Positions 35,863-48,977 of a DNA stretch of 64,000 bases are shown here, one piece after another. This DNA is from Anolis carolinensis (lineage: Eukaryota): NCBI RefSeq assembly GCF_035594765.1, contig NC_085843.1, forward strand, positions 276,621,971 to 276,685,970, in the 5' to 3' direction. A program made the translations under genes and the position numbers. Below the pieces are notes generated by a model. It saw only the letters and a program-made list of their open reading frames with translations, was not told where the DNA came from and did no database searches. The number at the start of each line of letters is the position of its first letter. Positions within the stretch are counted from its first letter, which is position 1.

Positions 35863-36304
35863 CAGTGGTTCCCAACCTTTTTTTGACCAGGGACCACTTG
35901 ACCAGGGACCCCTCTCCAACATTAATATCAAAAGGGGTACAATTCAGTTTTTGGGGTCAACATTAGATTCAGTTTGGCTATTTGAATCAGCACCCCAAAT
36001 AACCCCCAGAAACACACCTAAAAACAAAGTCACCAAGGCGCCCCTGCTTCCAGGTGCCACATGGAATGGCTCCGCTCAGGGGGAGGGAGGAGGAGAAGCA
36101 GCAGTCAGGAGGCTTGTTGTCGTGCCTTTCGTGGGTAGTCAGCCTCTCTCCTCCCAACATCCCCATTGCCTTGGCACTATAAGAGGGTTTCGCAAGACCA
36201 GTCGCTCTTCACATTGCAACAGTGTAGTAACGGTGAGGCCACGGATCATATTTTAGTTCTTGGGAACCAATGGTGGTTCATGGACCACAGGTTGGGAACC
36301 ACTG
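35863..36304. mobile_element. hAT (Charlie-like) MITE
   Basis: TIR CAGTGGTTCCCAACC; TSD aatacggc/aatatggc. Confidence 0.85.
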
Positions 36305-37702
36305 AATATGGCTTTCTGAAAGTATAGACAATAGACTAAGGACTGTGGTGCCACCTTCGCAGTAGCAGAAGCACCCTATTTTATTTTAACACTGGTTATA
36401 GATATCTGTAAATGGTGCTTGCTGCAAGTTTTTAAAATTGTTTTATCTGATATGTTAATTGGGTTTTTATATTAGGATGATGTTTTAATCTGATTTTGTA
36501 CTGCGGTTGGATGTATTTGTATGAATTTTGTATGTTGTGCGCCGCTTTGAATCCCACCCACAGGAGAAAAGCGGGATAGAAATAAATAAATAAATAAATA
36601 AATACATCCCATCTTTATACAGTCTTTCTTTTGTTGTTATAAAATCCCATGTCAAAACTTCCCCCAAAAGCCTTTTAAAATTTAATATGGTTTTATAATG
36701 TCATACATTTTGATTAAATGTGTTTGCTGTAATGGTTTGAGCATTTGAATACAATTCTTGAGAACAGCTTGATTCTCTGCCTGGAAAACCACTGGGTGAC
36801 TTGGATCAAGTCACATACTTTTAGTCCCAGAAAATCCCATGATAGATTTATCATAAGGTTGCCATAAGTTGAAAATGACATGAAGGTAAAAACAAATGGC
36901 TCATTTTCTGTTATTTATATTCCACTTTTTTATAATTGTATATGTTTTTGCTCTTTCCTTTTTCTCTCTAACAAGACCACTCTCTTTTTTGAAGGATTTC
37001 TAGCTCTGTCTACTATTATTCCAAGGATCCAGAAGCAAACAGGGAAGGAAAAAAAAGGCAAGGATATTCTTTATTTAATATTTTATTTTAGAAGCACCAT
37101 GGTTTGGTTGTCTTATGCTCTGAATATAGATTTTCCAGCATTGCCTTTGCAATATCACATAGCATTTTTGGACACTGGAAAGGGGAAAAAATCATATACA
37201 GAGAAGACACCCAGTAAAGGTTTTGTGGTCATTTCTGTCCAATGTTGTATACATTCTTCCTTCCAAACACAAATCACCCAGAACTGATTCTATGTGGAAC
37301 AACAGATTCGGTTATATTTTAATTATCTGAATTGTAAATTATGATATTATATCATTTGTACACTTCCTTCTATTTCTGCTACTGAAAGGAAAAGGCTAGG
37401 AAACTATGTGGCAGATATGGAATATCCAAAAATCTGTCCAGCTCTTCTCTTGCTCACATGATATCATCCATGACTACTTCCATGTTCCCAGTTGATGATC
37501 TCGAGGCTTAAAAACTTATTTTCATAATAAACTAAAAATGATAGAAACAGTAGAAGATACTAATCTGTGACAAGCACCAGGATGGAGACATCACCCATAA
37601 AGCCCTGCTAAGAAGAGGGAGTAAATGTTTGCCAATTATTGCTGTGACTTATCAGGGTAAAGTCTTCCTTGAGTTCAGGTTTAGGGGGACATCAAAGATC
37701 CG

Positions 37703-37708
37703 TTTATT
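37703..37708 (-). terminator. AATAAA polyadenylation signal of AHSG
   Basis: tttatt on plus strand, ~48 nt downstream of the AHSG stop. Confidence 0.7.
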
Positions 37709-37755
37709 AATGGGACATTCCCATTGATTCTATATACCCTCAGCAAATTCTGTGT

Positions 37756-38013
37756 TTATATGTCAAAGTGTCGGTATTTTCCTGGACACTGTTGGAGATG
37801 TGGTAATGCTGGTTGGATCACTGGTGGGACCTCTGCGGCTCTTTTGACCACCGGACTTGCTTGAACCACTGGCACTTCGGCCGAGTGGGACTCGTGCGAT
37901 GCAAGCGTGTTGTTGTGGGAATGGATGAGGTCCAGGACAGAGTAGCCGGCTCCAGGGGAAGGGATCTTTTTCCCTAAATGATGCTTAGTCAGGTGGGTAT
38001 GGGAATGTCCAAC
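37756..38013 (-). CDS. AHSG: AHSG exon 7 (VGHSHTHLTKHH...CPGKYRHFDI*)
   Basis: Acceptor ttcttttccag; 85 aa then TAA at 37758-37756; typical fetuin-A C-terminal CPG(R/K)xRHF. Confidence 0.93.
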   Translation of the reverse strand, partial: VGHSHTHLTKHHLGKKIPSPGAGYSVLDLIHSHNNTLASHESHSAEVPVVQASPVVKRAAEVPPVIQPALPHLQQCPGKYRHFDI

Positions 38014-39844
38014 CTGGAAAAGAAAACCATCATGAGGCGTCTGCTTGTGTCATTGAGTCGGGTCTCTTTTAAGGTAAGGGCATAATGCTGAGGAGTCGTA
38101 GCAGTTGTAGTTTTACAAGCTTTCTCTGTCAAAGAGTGCTGGGGCCTCATCAAACTACAACTCCCAGGATTCCATAACATCGTGTCATGGCATTAATTCT
38201 ACAGTGTAGACACACCCATAATTGTGAGATGTAGCCACACTAGTTTCCCATCAATCTTTTCTAAGCTGCTGCCCTGCAAACTTGGCCATTTCCCCAGGTT
38301 TGTGAAGAGGAGGGAAAAAAACAAAGCACCACCCAGCTACCCTATTTCACAACATAATGGTCTCAACTGTGTAATAGTTGCACCCCCTTTTTGACCTCCT
38401 AAATTTGTATCTTTTTGCTTTCCTCACATAATAGTTGCAGCCATGATTCATTGCCCCAAAGTATCCAGCTTTAAGAAAATAGTTGGATGCTTTTTTGCCA
38501 ACCCCATCCCACCAAACAAAGAAAGGGCAGATTCTGCTTTTTGGGAGAGGGGATTATCATAATTGAAGCTGGATCTGCACTGTCATATAATGCAGGTTGA
38601 ACCCATACGCTGCATTATATAATATTCCCGAATGTCCCAGCTACATAGATATTGGCAGGGGGGTTGTGGGACTTGTAATCCAAAGATTTTCCTTTCCTAA
38701 GCATTGAAGTTGGAAAAAACTAAAGAATAATTGAGTTCTAACAACCTAAAGGTAAAGGTAAAGGTTTCCCCTTGACATTAAATCTAGTCGTGTCCAACTC
38801 TGGGCGTTGGTGCTCATCTCAATTTCTAAACCAAAGAGCCGGCATTGTCCATAGGCACCTACAAGTTCATGTGGCCGGCATGACTGCATGGAGCGCTGTT
38901 ACCTTCCTGTCAGAGTGGTACCTATTGATCTACTCACATTTGCATGTTTTCGAACTGCTAGGCTGGCAGAAGCTAGGGCTAACAGCAGGAGCTCAGTCCA
39001 CTCCCCAGATTTGAACCACCAACCTTTCGGTCGGCAAGTTTGGCAGCTTAGCAGTTTAAACTGCTGGGGCACCAGGGGCTCCTTTCTAACAACCCAGAAA
39101 GGACATATTGTAAAGATTAGTGCAGAATCTGGAGGGAAAATTATTTTTGGAACGCACCTCCCCATGGCCCTTACAGCGAGGTGGTGGACTTTTAGGATAG
39201 TCCAAAAATAACTTTTCTCAAGGTGATTCTCTTGCAGGGTCTGCCTTATGTATTTGAGCACCAACCATGTGGTGTCTTGTATTAGCTGTTAGATTATATA
39301 CTTTCAGACTTCAACAACAAGTTCTTATGTTTTTTTTTAAAAAAAGGCAATTCCTGAAAGTAATGTTTAGTGCTTATACCTGTTTGTCAAAGATGTCGCA
39401 AATCACTACGTTAGGGAAAATTGCGAAAAGAGCGGGACCTTCACCAGAAGGCTTTTTGAAAATGGTGGCTTTGCAGAATCCAAATTGCTGGAGAAAGAGG
39501 AGAAGTCCAAATCACAATCCAGGTGTAAGGATAAAGTACAGAAAATCTCACACTATCACCTTCCCCATAGAAAATGATCTACACTGCTATATAATCCAAT
39601 TCAAAGCAGATAATCTGGATTCCGAAAATAGATCACATGGCGGATATACACTTTAACACTCACCAGTCCTCCTATCCCAGTAATGGCCAACCTATGACAC
39701 GCGTGTCAGCACTGACACGCCTAGCCATTTTTGCTGACACGCTGTCACATGCAGATTGATTGGATGACTAATGTCTTTTGTGGCCAAATTTGGTGTGATT
39801 TGGTCTAGTGGTCTTGTTGTTTACTCCATGGGAATTATGCACAT

Positions 39845-39903
<59 letters not shown>

Positions 39904-42900
39904 AGTATATTATTACTATTATATTATTATTATATTATTCATTATTCATGACTACATTGAAACTAGAATAGAGAGAAATCAGTGTGGAAACTGCAAGAGG
40001 TACCATAGACATAATAGAGGTACATGGACATAATGGTAGTCAATAGTTTTTGATTTATTAAATACAGTTATATATTACAATTATATATTTTTGTTATTTA
40101 AACTATATATATTGTGAAATTATGGTTTTTTCTCTCTCGAAGTGACACACCACCCAAGTCATGCTTGGTTTTTTGGTGAATTTTGACACACCAAATGCAA
40201 AAGGTTGCCCATCATTGTCCTATCCAATTAAAGGCATAGGAGGCATATTTAGCAAAAAAAAAAAAAAAAGAGCCACTTTTGACCCCCAAATAATTCTGCT
40301 TTCAGTTCACTAGGATTAAAACCATGTTGCTGGCACTTACTGCATGTTCTCCTGTCATGACATGGCAATCTTTGTGCTCCTTTGCTTCTTGTTCTGTGCA
40401 GTTGGTGGCAGCAATGGCAAATTCCACAAAGGTACCAGGAGGCATGTGCTGGGAGAAAGAGAGCAGATCATACCTTATCTGTCTTTCGGACAGGAACCAT
40501 TTCAAAACTGAGCATAAAGCAGTCAAACGATGGGACAATATACACTGTTGTATGCAGCACTGGAGTGGTTGAATATAGCTGTGGTATTTGCTTCACAGTG
40601 CACCCCAGCCAGGTTGTGAATTAGCCTTATTTTGTGTTAGGATGTGGGAGTTTTCCCATCTCAGGGCCTGGGCCGTCTTCGCCAGTCCTCAGATAAAGGG
40701 AAGGACTCTCAGGGCAATCTCAAAGGCTTTTTGATACTCACAGAGTTCCTTCCTCTTGCAATCTCAAGGAGCTCGAAGTGATGGTCTGTACTATTGTAAG
40801 TATTGTACTGCGCGAGTGCAGTGTTGACTGCATTCACCACGTTAACGTCATCTAGAAGCGCCAAGGGTGCACAGTCGGGGCAAACTTTTTCAAAATCTTC
40901 TCTTGAGTCTAAGGAAGTAAAAGAGAAACACATGATTGACTCATATATATCTTTCAGCAGGTAACATTTCCAGGTAATATCTCCTGAGGATTTAGGGTAG
41001 CTAATCAATTCTTGGAATGACTTTTTCTGGTGGTGTGCAAAACAAAGAGAAGAGTGTTATATTTATTTACTTACTGCATTGTCTTGGCAATCTTCCCTCA
41101 ACAAATTCAGAGTGCTGTATCTTCACAATAAACTTTGACTCAGGTAATTTTTTTTTCATGTCAGGAGCAACTGGAGTTGCTTCTGGAGTGAGAGAATTGG
41201 CCGTCTGCAAGGACATTGCCCAGTGGACGCCCGTGTTTTGATGTTTTACCATCCTTATGGGAGGCTTCTCTCATGTCCCCGCATGGAGCTGGAGCTGATA
41301 GAAGGAGCTCATCCCCGCTCTCTCCGGGTGGGATTCGAACCTGGCAGCCTTCAGGTCAGCAACCCAGCCTTCAAGTCACAAGGCTTTTGTCCCCTAGGCC
41401 ACCGGAGGCTCCACTCAGGTAAATTGAAGTAATAGGTCTTTTCCACACTTCACAATCATAGTGCTATGGTGTCACTTAAATTGTCATAGTGCCATGCTAT
41501 GGGATCCTAGGAATGCTAGTTTCAAGAAGCACAATGAGCCCTCTACATTTGCAGATTTAACTTCTGCGGACTTGATTATTCACGGGTTTGATAAATATGT
41601 TCTCTGCAGGAATCCCTATGTCTTCCAGTATGACTATAGGAATCTCTAGATTCTCCAGCACAATTCTATGGTCAATGTCTGGCAGAAGTTGACCATAGAT
41701 TTGCTTGGAGGAAACAGATTAATAAAGAGGTGTTCTCTTTGGTTAAACGTAAGATCATTTTAAACACATTGTTTGTCCACTTTTGCACCCCTATGAAAAT
41801 GGAAGGTCTATAATTCCTTGCCGGAAAGTTCTGGTCAAACTACAAATCCCAGGATTCCATGGGATGCAGCTATGGTGGCTAAAAGAGTATCATAGTGCTC
41901 TGAGTTGATAATGTGCAAGACCAATGATGGACTAAGCCTCGTGATTTTGTGGCCGCCTGAAGTATGGGCTGCATTTAAGTCTGGCTTTCTATTCACTTCT
42001 ACTTACTGCAGTTAATCTAAAATTACAAAAGCCTTCTTACACGCCCTGTGATAGAAAGACTTGGCTTCTGGGTGTGCAGTTGATATAGGCCTTTAGTGAC
42101 CGTACTCCAATGAATACCAAACCATGGGAACGTGTGGCATTCTGTGAAAATCCCACCAGTTGGGAGAATAGTGGGCACAGCTAAGAAAACCGTCATAGAT
42201 TCATCTTAAGGGCACCATAAAGTGGAAATGACATGATGGCACTCAACAATAACAAAAGCATATCCTGGCATTAAATTGATCAGGGATGGGGACAGGGACA
42301 CAATAGGTAGCAGAAATGCTTCCCATATGATCTAAAGGAAATGGGGTTGGGGGATCAACACTGTACATTCATATTCGCAATACGCATGCCGAAATAGATA
42401 TGCAAAAAGGGGGAATTATCAAAAAAAAGGGAACTGTTCATGATAAGCATCATAAGTAAGCAGTAGATATGTACATGGTGGAAGAGCTACTTTTTAGATG
42501 TTGTAGCTTGGGGATTCTGGGATTTGTAGTCTATAAGGTGCCCTTTCCAAGTTCTAAACAAGCATAGTGAGACCATTTGTCATTCACTCTCTGTCTGTCA
42601 GCATAACTAAGCCCAAAGCAATACAATTGATTACCTGGAGATGAGTGACATTTGGTAGAGAGCACCTTATACTGTCCGTCAAGATGGAGCATTTTGACAT
42701 CGCAGTCTCCTTCCACAGCCTGGAAGTTCAAAAAATTAGAATTAAGGGGGGCAGGAATGATGAAATAAGTACCATATATACTTGCTTATAAGTTGATCCT
42801 TTGTATAAGTCAAGGGTAGGTTTTGGAGCCCAAATTATGGATTTTGATAGGACTTGTGAATAAGTCAATGGTAAACTTAGAGGCATGTCATTCTATTCTG

Positions 42901-44953
42901 AGAAAGGGATAAGAGTTATGGAACAGACTTACAGTACAGACTAAACTAAGAGTTGCAATCATATGGATATTGATGGACATTAGCTTCTGGCATTTTTACC
43001 ATTGCCTGTATTAACTAGTCAGTCCCATTAGCTCTATCATGGCAAAATGCAATACTTACATGTTCTACTTTTGCTCTTACGGAACAATTTTGAATAGGTG
43101 TTGGACTCAGCACATGGCACTTGGTTTCCGCTAAATCTAGCTCAAGCAAGTAAATTTTTCCTGTTGGCCTCTGGGAGGAAACAAAACATATTTTGTGGTC
43201 AGTGTGAAATCAGTGTAGATTGCAAGGGACTCCAGGTAAGCTAGTTCTGTGCCTCAAATCCTTGGCCCTACTTTTCATCCCATTAGCCATATCCAAAATG
43301 TTTTTATGAGGGAGACAAAAAAAAAAAACAGCCCAGAAAACTCACAGCAACCCAGTGATTCCAGCCATTAAAGCCTTCAACAAAACAACAAACAGATTAT
43401 TGGAACTGTTTGTTGTTTTCCCTCCCTCATTAATACATTTTTGATATGGCTTAGTGAACATACAACTTAAAGCCCATGCCATAGCATGCTTCCTGATCCC
43501 AGTATCCCCAGTACCCAATCTGAAAGAAGACCGAGAAATATCTGCACACCATTCTTAGTCACTTGGCATTTTTGTGGAACTTTCTTGTGGAACGTGTTCC
43601 TTTACAAAGGGCAAGGAAAGAATCACAGGATTGTAAAGTTGGAAGAGAGGAAGTGAAGTGAACGGTTAACCTTTCATGTCTACAGATTGGATTATTCACG
43701 GATTTCATTAAAATGTGATATCTAGGAATGTCTAGGTCCTCCAGCACAATTTTACAGTTAACATCTGCTGGAAGTTGAACATAAAGAGTCACACTGAAGG
43801 GAATCAAGGTCCACAAATGCCCTACCTGGGTTGTTGTACAGAGCAATACAGAATAATAAACCCAGATTACAGGAAAATAAATCAAACACTTTCTTAGAAT
43901 GAGGGTGGGAAACTCCATTTCAGGTTGAGACTATCGGACTGGAATTGCATGATTTTGTAATAAAATCTGGTGTCACCCAGAAAAATGAGCAGCAGTGAGG
44001 CTCCCCAAGATATTTGGCCACCAGAAGTAAAGCACGACATGATACATACAGAAACTGTCTGAATTGACAGCTGAGTCATTATTCAAGACTGGCAGTGGAG
44101 CAAACATGAAGTCAGCAGGCTACTTTGGGGACTGTAGGGCAGGCCATGGGGCACACTTCAAAAGGAAGGGAATTCCCAATGGTTGATCAGAAATGACCAG
44201 AGACAATGCAGGCTGCTGTGGAGGACAGAGTGATTCCATTCTGAGTTGTAGTCCAATTTTAAAGGAACTATCCAAGGTCCTGAATTCTAACTCCAAGTCA
44301 ATTCAGTACCTTGGATAACTTGTGTGTCATTCCGATCACTGACATGTTACTGAACAGAGGGATGCTATCCCTGCCCTTGAACTTCTACTGAAATGGATAT
44401 TTCAATCTACCTAATCATAGGGCTGGCCTTCATGAGCACAAAGATCTCCAAATCCAGTAGCAGGACTGGCTGCTTGCTACGTTTTGCAGTAAATAAAGGA
44501 ATTCATGTTTTTTATTTAAAGAGATTCTTTCCTGTCTGCAGTAAGGCCATTCACTATAAAAATGAATGTAAGTCACCACGGCTGTTACTTATATATTAAA
44601 ACTGGAGTTTGGACAGGTAACTTGGGGCATTCTGGGAGTGGTAGTCCACAAAAAGGGAATTGGCCTAAATTTGGAGTAAGACAAGACAGGAAATCATTTC
44701 CTAGCTTATCCCAACATTTTATTTATGTAGCACTTACCCTTGGTAAAACCTTGACGTTCTCGATTCTGCTAAGGGTATACTTATATCCATGAAGAGAGTG
44801 GGAGTTGATGTGATCCACTGCAAAGTTGGCTGCAGCTTCAGACTCGGGGTCATCACAATCGGGAAGGCTGGAGACGAGTGGAGGGAAAGGCTCAGAGGTG
44901 GCTTTGGATGCTAGGATCTGGCCCAGAAGGACCAGAGCTATCAGAGATTTCAT
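37756..44953 (-). CDS. AHSG: Alpha-2-HS-glycoprotein (fetuin-A), complete 7-exon CDS, 350 aa
   Basis: Exons (minus): 44953-44738, 43170-43060, 42719-42635, 40908-40742, 40448-40341, 39487-39380, 38013-37756. All introns are GT-AG and the exons join in frame. Signal peptide MKSLIALVLLGQ, DCDDPESEAAA, HGYKYTL, ETKCHVLSPTP, AVEGDCD, CPDC linker and C-terminal CPGKYRHFDI are fetuin-A hallmarks. Confidence 0.95.
38747..39083 (-). mobile_element. Sauria SINE, full length (AHSG intron 6)
   Basis: 11-bp TSD ttctaacaacc. Confidence 0.9.
39380..39487 (-). CDS. AHSG: AHSG exon 6 (QFGFCKATIFKKPSGEGPALFAIFPNVVICDIFDKQ)
   Basis: Acceptor ctctttctccag, donor CAG|gtataa; 108 nt. Confidence 0.93.
39678..40217. 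mobile_element. hAT MITE with internal (TA)n (AHSG intron 5)
   Basis: Perfect 8-bp TSD tcctatcc; TIR CAGTAATGGCCAACCT/AGGTTGCCCATCATTG. Confidence 0.88.
40341..40448 (-). CDS. AHSG: AHSG exon 5 (HMPPGTFVEFAIAATNCTEQEAKEHKDCHVMTGEHA)
   Basis: Acceptor tctttctcccag, donor gtaagt; 108 nt. Confidence 0.93.
40742..40908 (-). CDS. AHSG: AHSG exon 4 (DSREDFEKVCPDCAPL...EIARGRNS)
   Basis: Acceptor ttccttag, donor gtgagt; 167 nt. Confidence 0.95.
41148..41412 (-). mobile_element. tRNA-derived SINE, full length
   Basis: B box GGTTCGAATCC, poly-A tail, 10-bp TSD actcaggtaa. Confidence 0.85.
42635..42719 (-). CDS. AHSG: AHSG exon 3 (AVEGDCDVKMLHLDGQYKVLSTKCHSSP)
   Basis: Acceptor cttccag, donor gtaatc; 85 nt, ends phase 1. 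Confidence 0.95.
43060..43170 (-). CDS. AHSG: AHSG exon 2 (RPTGKIYLLELDLAETKCHVLSPTPIQNCSVRAKVEH)
   Basis: Acceptor ttcctcccag, donor gtaagt; 111 nt. Confidence 0.95.
44738..44953 (-). CDS. AHSG: AHSG coding exon 1 (MKSLIALVLL...ENVKVLPR)
   Basis: ATG at 44953; donor AGG|GTAAGT; 216 nt, phase 0. Confidence 0.95.
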
Positions 44954-45034
44954 GGTTCAAGTTTGCAGAAGGCTTAGAGAAGCGACGTTCTTCTGGGAGG
45001 AGGGAAAGGCAGTGGGAGCCAAAGCAGGGCTCCC

Positions 45035-45196
45035 ATTTATAGATGATCCCACCACAGACCCCGCCATTTGCAAACATGAAAGCTTGCAATCTTTGTCCCA
45101 GGTCTGGATGAGGATGGCAAACAAGAGAAAGAGAAAAACAAATATGTGGGGACATTGAGTCAAAGTTTTACTAGATAAGAAGGGGGGAATTGCCAA
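45035..45196 (-). promoter_or_regulatory. AHSG proximal promoter: TATAAAT (45041-45035), FOXA-like TGTTTGC (45076-45070), C/EBP-like ATTGCAA (45090-45084), NF1 half-site TTGGCA (45196-45191)
   Basis: Motifs read directly; TATA ~85 nt upstream of the ATG; the motif set fits a liver-expressed plasma protein gene. Confidence 0.6.
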
Positions 45197-45466
45197 GTCT
45201 GCTAAAATAAAGATGACATGAGCAAAAGATACAAAACCATGCTTGAGTCCTGTTTCTAGTTGAAAAGAACTAGGTGGCAGTTAGTGAGTTCTATGTTGAA
45301 AGTTTTGGGTAGTGTGAATCTGTTCTGTGTTTTAGTCTGAACTTTAAGAGAGCTATCCAAGGTTTTGGATACATTTTGGGAAGTATGAATGACGTACTTT
45401 AAAGCCCAAGTTGATAGTTTCACTGATAAGGAAGCCACCAACCACCAATGAAAAACCTTTAGATGT

Positions 45467-45680
45467 ACAGTGGCCCCTCTGGATCCACAGATTCTGCACC
45501 TATGGATTCAACCACTCAAAGGAGTCCAGAAAGCAACCCCTGATCTTGCCATTTTACATAAGAGATGCCATTTTACATTTACTGAGTCTCATTGTATATA
45601 TTGGGACCTGAACAACCACAGGTTTTGGTATCAATGGGAGATTTGGAACCAGACTCCAATGGATACCAAGGGCTGAACCA
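45467..45680. mobile_element. MER2/Tigger-like MITE
   Basis: ta-CAGTGGCCCCTC...GGATACCAAGGG termini; related interrupted copy at ~27005-27960. Confidence 0.55.
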
Positions 45681-47180
45681 CAATAGGTAATTTGGAAAAC
45701 CATGGTCTAGACCTATTTTTTGGTGGTAATAATCACAGTAAGGATCTTAATCTTCAGCTATTTCATCTTTTCATGTGAAGATGACCTCTAATAACATCAG
45801 CCTTATTAGAAGCCCTTGAACTATCGTCTTTACCCTGGAAGTTAGCGGGCTCAAGTTTTGACTTTTCTGCTTTAACAGGCTATGTTATTTGCACCATCTC
45901 GACCACACTTTCACATATTTGGCAGAACGTGGGCTGAATCACACACGAGTAGTTAGATTTTAAGAAAAGCATTGTAAGCTAATACTCTGGTGGCATATTG
46001 ATTTAATTAGACAAGGGATCTTATTGGGCCATGATACTTCTACGCCAATGTATTCTGTTTTTTGGAAAAGCTCCTCCTTCTTGTCCAAGAACACCCAAAT
46101 GGCTGCTGCTCAATTCCATCCCCAGACACTGATTGCTTACAGGAAGGAATATGTTCAGTTAGCAAGGCAGCTTTTGTGAAGTTGGCAAGAATTATCAGTC
46201 TTAGACCACCATGCTAGCTCAGATAAGGTACTAGATCTATCTGTGTGATATGGCCAAAAAAAGTAAATAATTGAGAGGTGAGAGGATTCCTGTCTTCTGG
46301 AGTATTAGCTATCCCTCCTATATTCCTTCATAGTATCATTAATTTGGTTACACGGGTCTTGGTGGTCTTTTGTCCTGATTGAGTAGGGTTGTCATATTTT
46401 CTGGTGACTGAGCAAGGAAAATTAGCATTATCTCTTGTAAAATGGAGGATTATTAACTATATGTTATGTAATGCAAATAGGGATTCTACTGATCAGCCAG
46501 GACATCGAAATGCTGAGTTTTAAATGTGGGTTAATGATCAAGATTTAAGTCAACAGAATTGGCCCACTCCTTTGAAAAGTGGCCAAAACTAATGGGACTG
46601 CATGTCATACATTAGCGGTTCATGGTCAGATATATGCAGAAACTGTCTTTTATGCAGATTTAGCAAGGTTATCTTCTCAAATGCAAGGCCTTCCCATGTT
46701 ACCACCACACCATTTGGGACATGCGTGATCTTGCCTGCTTTCAAAAGTTAAGGTTGGTTGAGTTGAGTTGGTATTCAGGCAGAAGATTGACAGAGTATGC
46801 TGGTGATCTCCATCTAAGTTTATCATGCTCGAACTTCCTAGAAAGCCATTGTTGCCATTTAGAGCTGCCAGTACTAGGCTAGATGGACTAATGACTTGGC
46901 ATTAGGCAACATTATCTTCCATATGACCTTTAAAGCACCTAGTGCTTGAGATCCTGCATTTGGAAACATACATTTCATGCAGCTAGATTTCCATAACTAC
47001 CTTTCCTAATGCTACCCCTTCAAAACCACCTTGTAAGAACCACAGCTCCTCCAACACAGCCATTGTTATGGAGAGTTGGAAAAACCATCAGAGATGCTTC
47101 CAGCTATCTTCCTGTAGCTGGATGTGTTATAATAGGCACCCCCAGGGATCACTGATAGTCTTCAGTAAGTCTCTTTAGAT

Positions 47181-47315
47181 CAGGCATGGGCAAACTTCAG
47201 CTCTCCAGGTGTTTTGGACTTCATCTTCCAGAAATCCCAGCTAGTTTATTGGCTGTTAGGAATTGTGGGAGTTGAAGTTCAAAACACCTGGAGGGACCAA
47301 GTTTGCCGATGCCTG
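47181..47315. mobile_element. hAT MITE, CAGGCATGGG family
   Basis: Perfect TSD ctttagat. Confidence 0.88.
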
Positions 47316-48977
47316 CTTTAGATGATATCCTTGTAGAAATATTTGGTATCTACAGCAGTACTATATATGAGATTATGGTAGGAAACAGGAAAGAAGAAAC
47401 TATGCAAGATGCTCTGGTAAGATTTAGAAATTACAAACTTACTTTAATTGTTGCTGTCATACATCTCACACAAAAGAGGAGACAGATAAAAGAAAGTCAC
47501 CTAACTTTAGTAGAGGAGTTACTAACACTGACTCTCATGCCTGAGCGTAAGGTATTTTGCGGGAGAGAGAACCCTCATGATGCTTCCTTCTCAAACAAAG
47601 GGTAATAAAGTACCAAAGACTTTTGGGAAGAATGGGGGAGTGAGCTCTTCATGCAGGCAGGAAGCAAAACACTTTGAATTACATGGATCCAAGAAACAGA
47701 TGAAAAACATGACAGATGGCTTGCACTACAGGATTCTCTATGTCCCTAATTGCATTATATACAAGTGTTGATGCTTCTTCACTTCCAAGAATCCTTGCAG
47801 TTGTATGCATCCTGCTGATCTCCTCCTGCTCCCTGAGAATATGAAAATGGGTGGTTGAATAACTAACAAGGTGAGTTTGAGAGAGAGCTTTTGGGCACTG
47901 GATGGTCTGAACAGGATTCCAACCCTCCCAATGATCCCAAAACCGCTTAAAACTATGAAAGTTTGACTTACCAACAGGTTGCCAACCAACATGTTTAAAG
48001 CTTGGTGAACATGCCATGGTCAAAGTTAAGTTCCTCTACATGTGCAGAGTGAATGGAGACTGTGGTTCCCAACAGGACTGCAGTATAACCCTGGCTCAAT
48101 GCTATGGAATCTTGGGATTTGTAATTTTGTAGTTTTGTGAGGGCAGAGAAGCCTAAAGAACTTGTAAAACCACAACCCCCAGCTGTCTAATGTAGACAGG
48201 TGCCATATGGATGATTGCAAATGGAAAGCACCCAGAACAACAGAGCAGCTAGTCTGTTTTAGGGGAATTTTGCAGTAGAAACAAAAGATGGGAGAAGTAG
48301 TGGGAAAACCAGAAGGCTTTTGCGCATTTTCTTTTTTTAAATATAGTTTTGAATCATTTTAATATTGCAAATGGCTTCATCCCATTAACATTATTATTGT
48401 TGGAAAGTTTTAGCTGTATTTTTTTTTAAAAAATTGTAATTTGCCTCAAGTCCCAGTTTTGGGAAGAAGGTGGTATGAGGAAGAAGGTGACACAATAAAT
48501 CAACAGAATTGCACCTTCTGTAAAATTCCATGAATGAACATTGCTACACAAAAAGCTTAGTCTACAAGCAACCTGTTGAACTTTAGTGAAGAAATTAGGA
48601 TGTTTTCCTCCTACTAGCATTATCTTATCTCATCACCTTGAGTGACAGTTTAACTTAGCGTGTAGGTGGACGAGTGGAGTGTGTCTGTGTACAAAATAGG
48701 AAAAGGTCTCAAATTTTTCCACTGAGGATGCATCTATTGACCATGGACTACGATCTAACACATAGATGTGGCACAGTCAACAACTGTATGTCCTGAGAAC
48801 AAAACTATGGAACTAGACACTCCCTTCACTATCAGGCACTGTCCTCTTCAATAGGGACACACTTTTTTCCATCAGCAAAAAGTTAAGAAAATTCTGTTGA
48901 TGACTGCAGTCCCTCTGTAAAAATCTGTAGAGTTGTAAATCTTTGCTTTTTGTCATTCCTCTACACAGGCATGGTAC

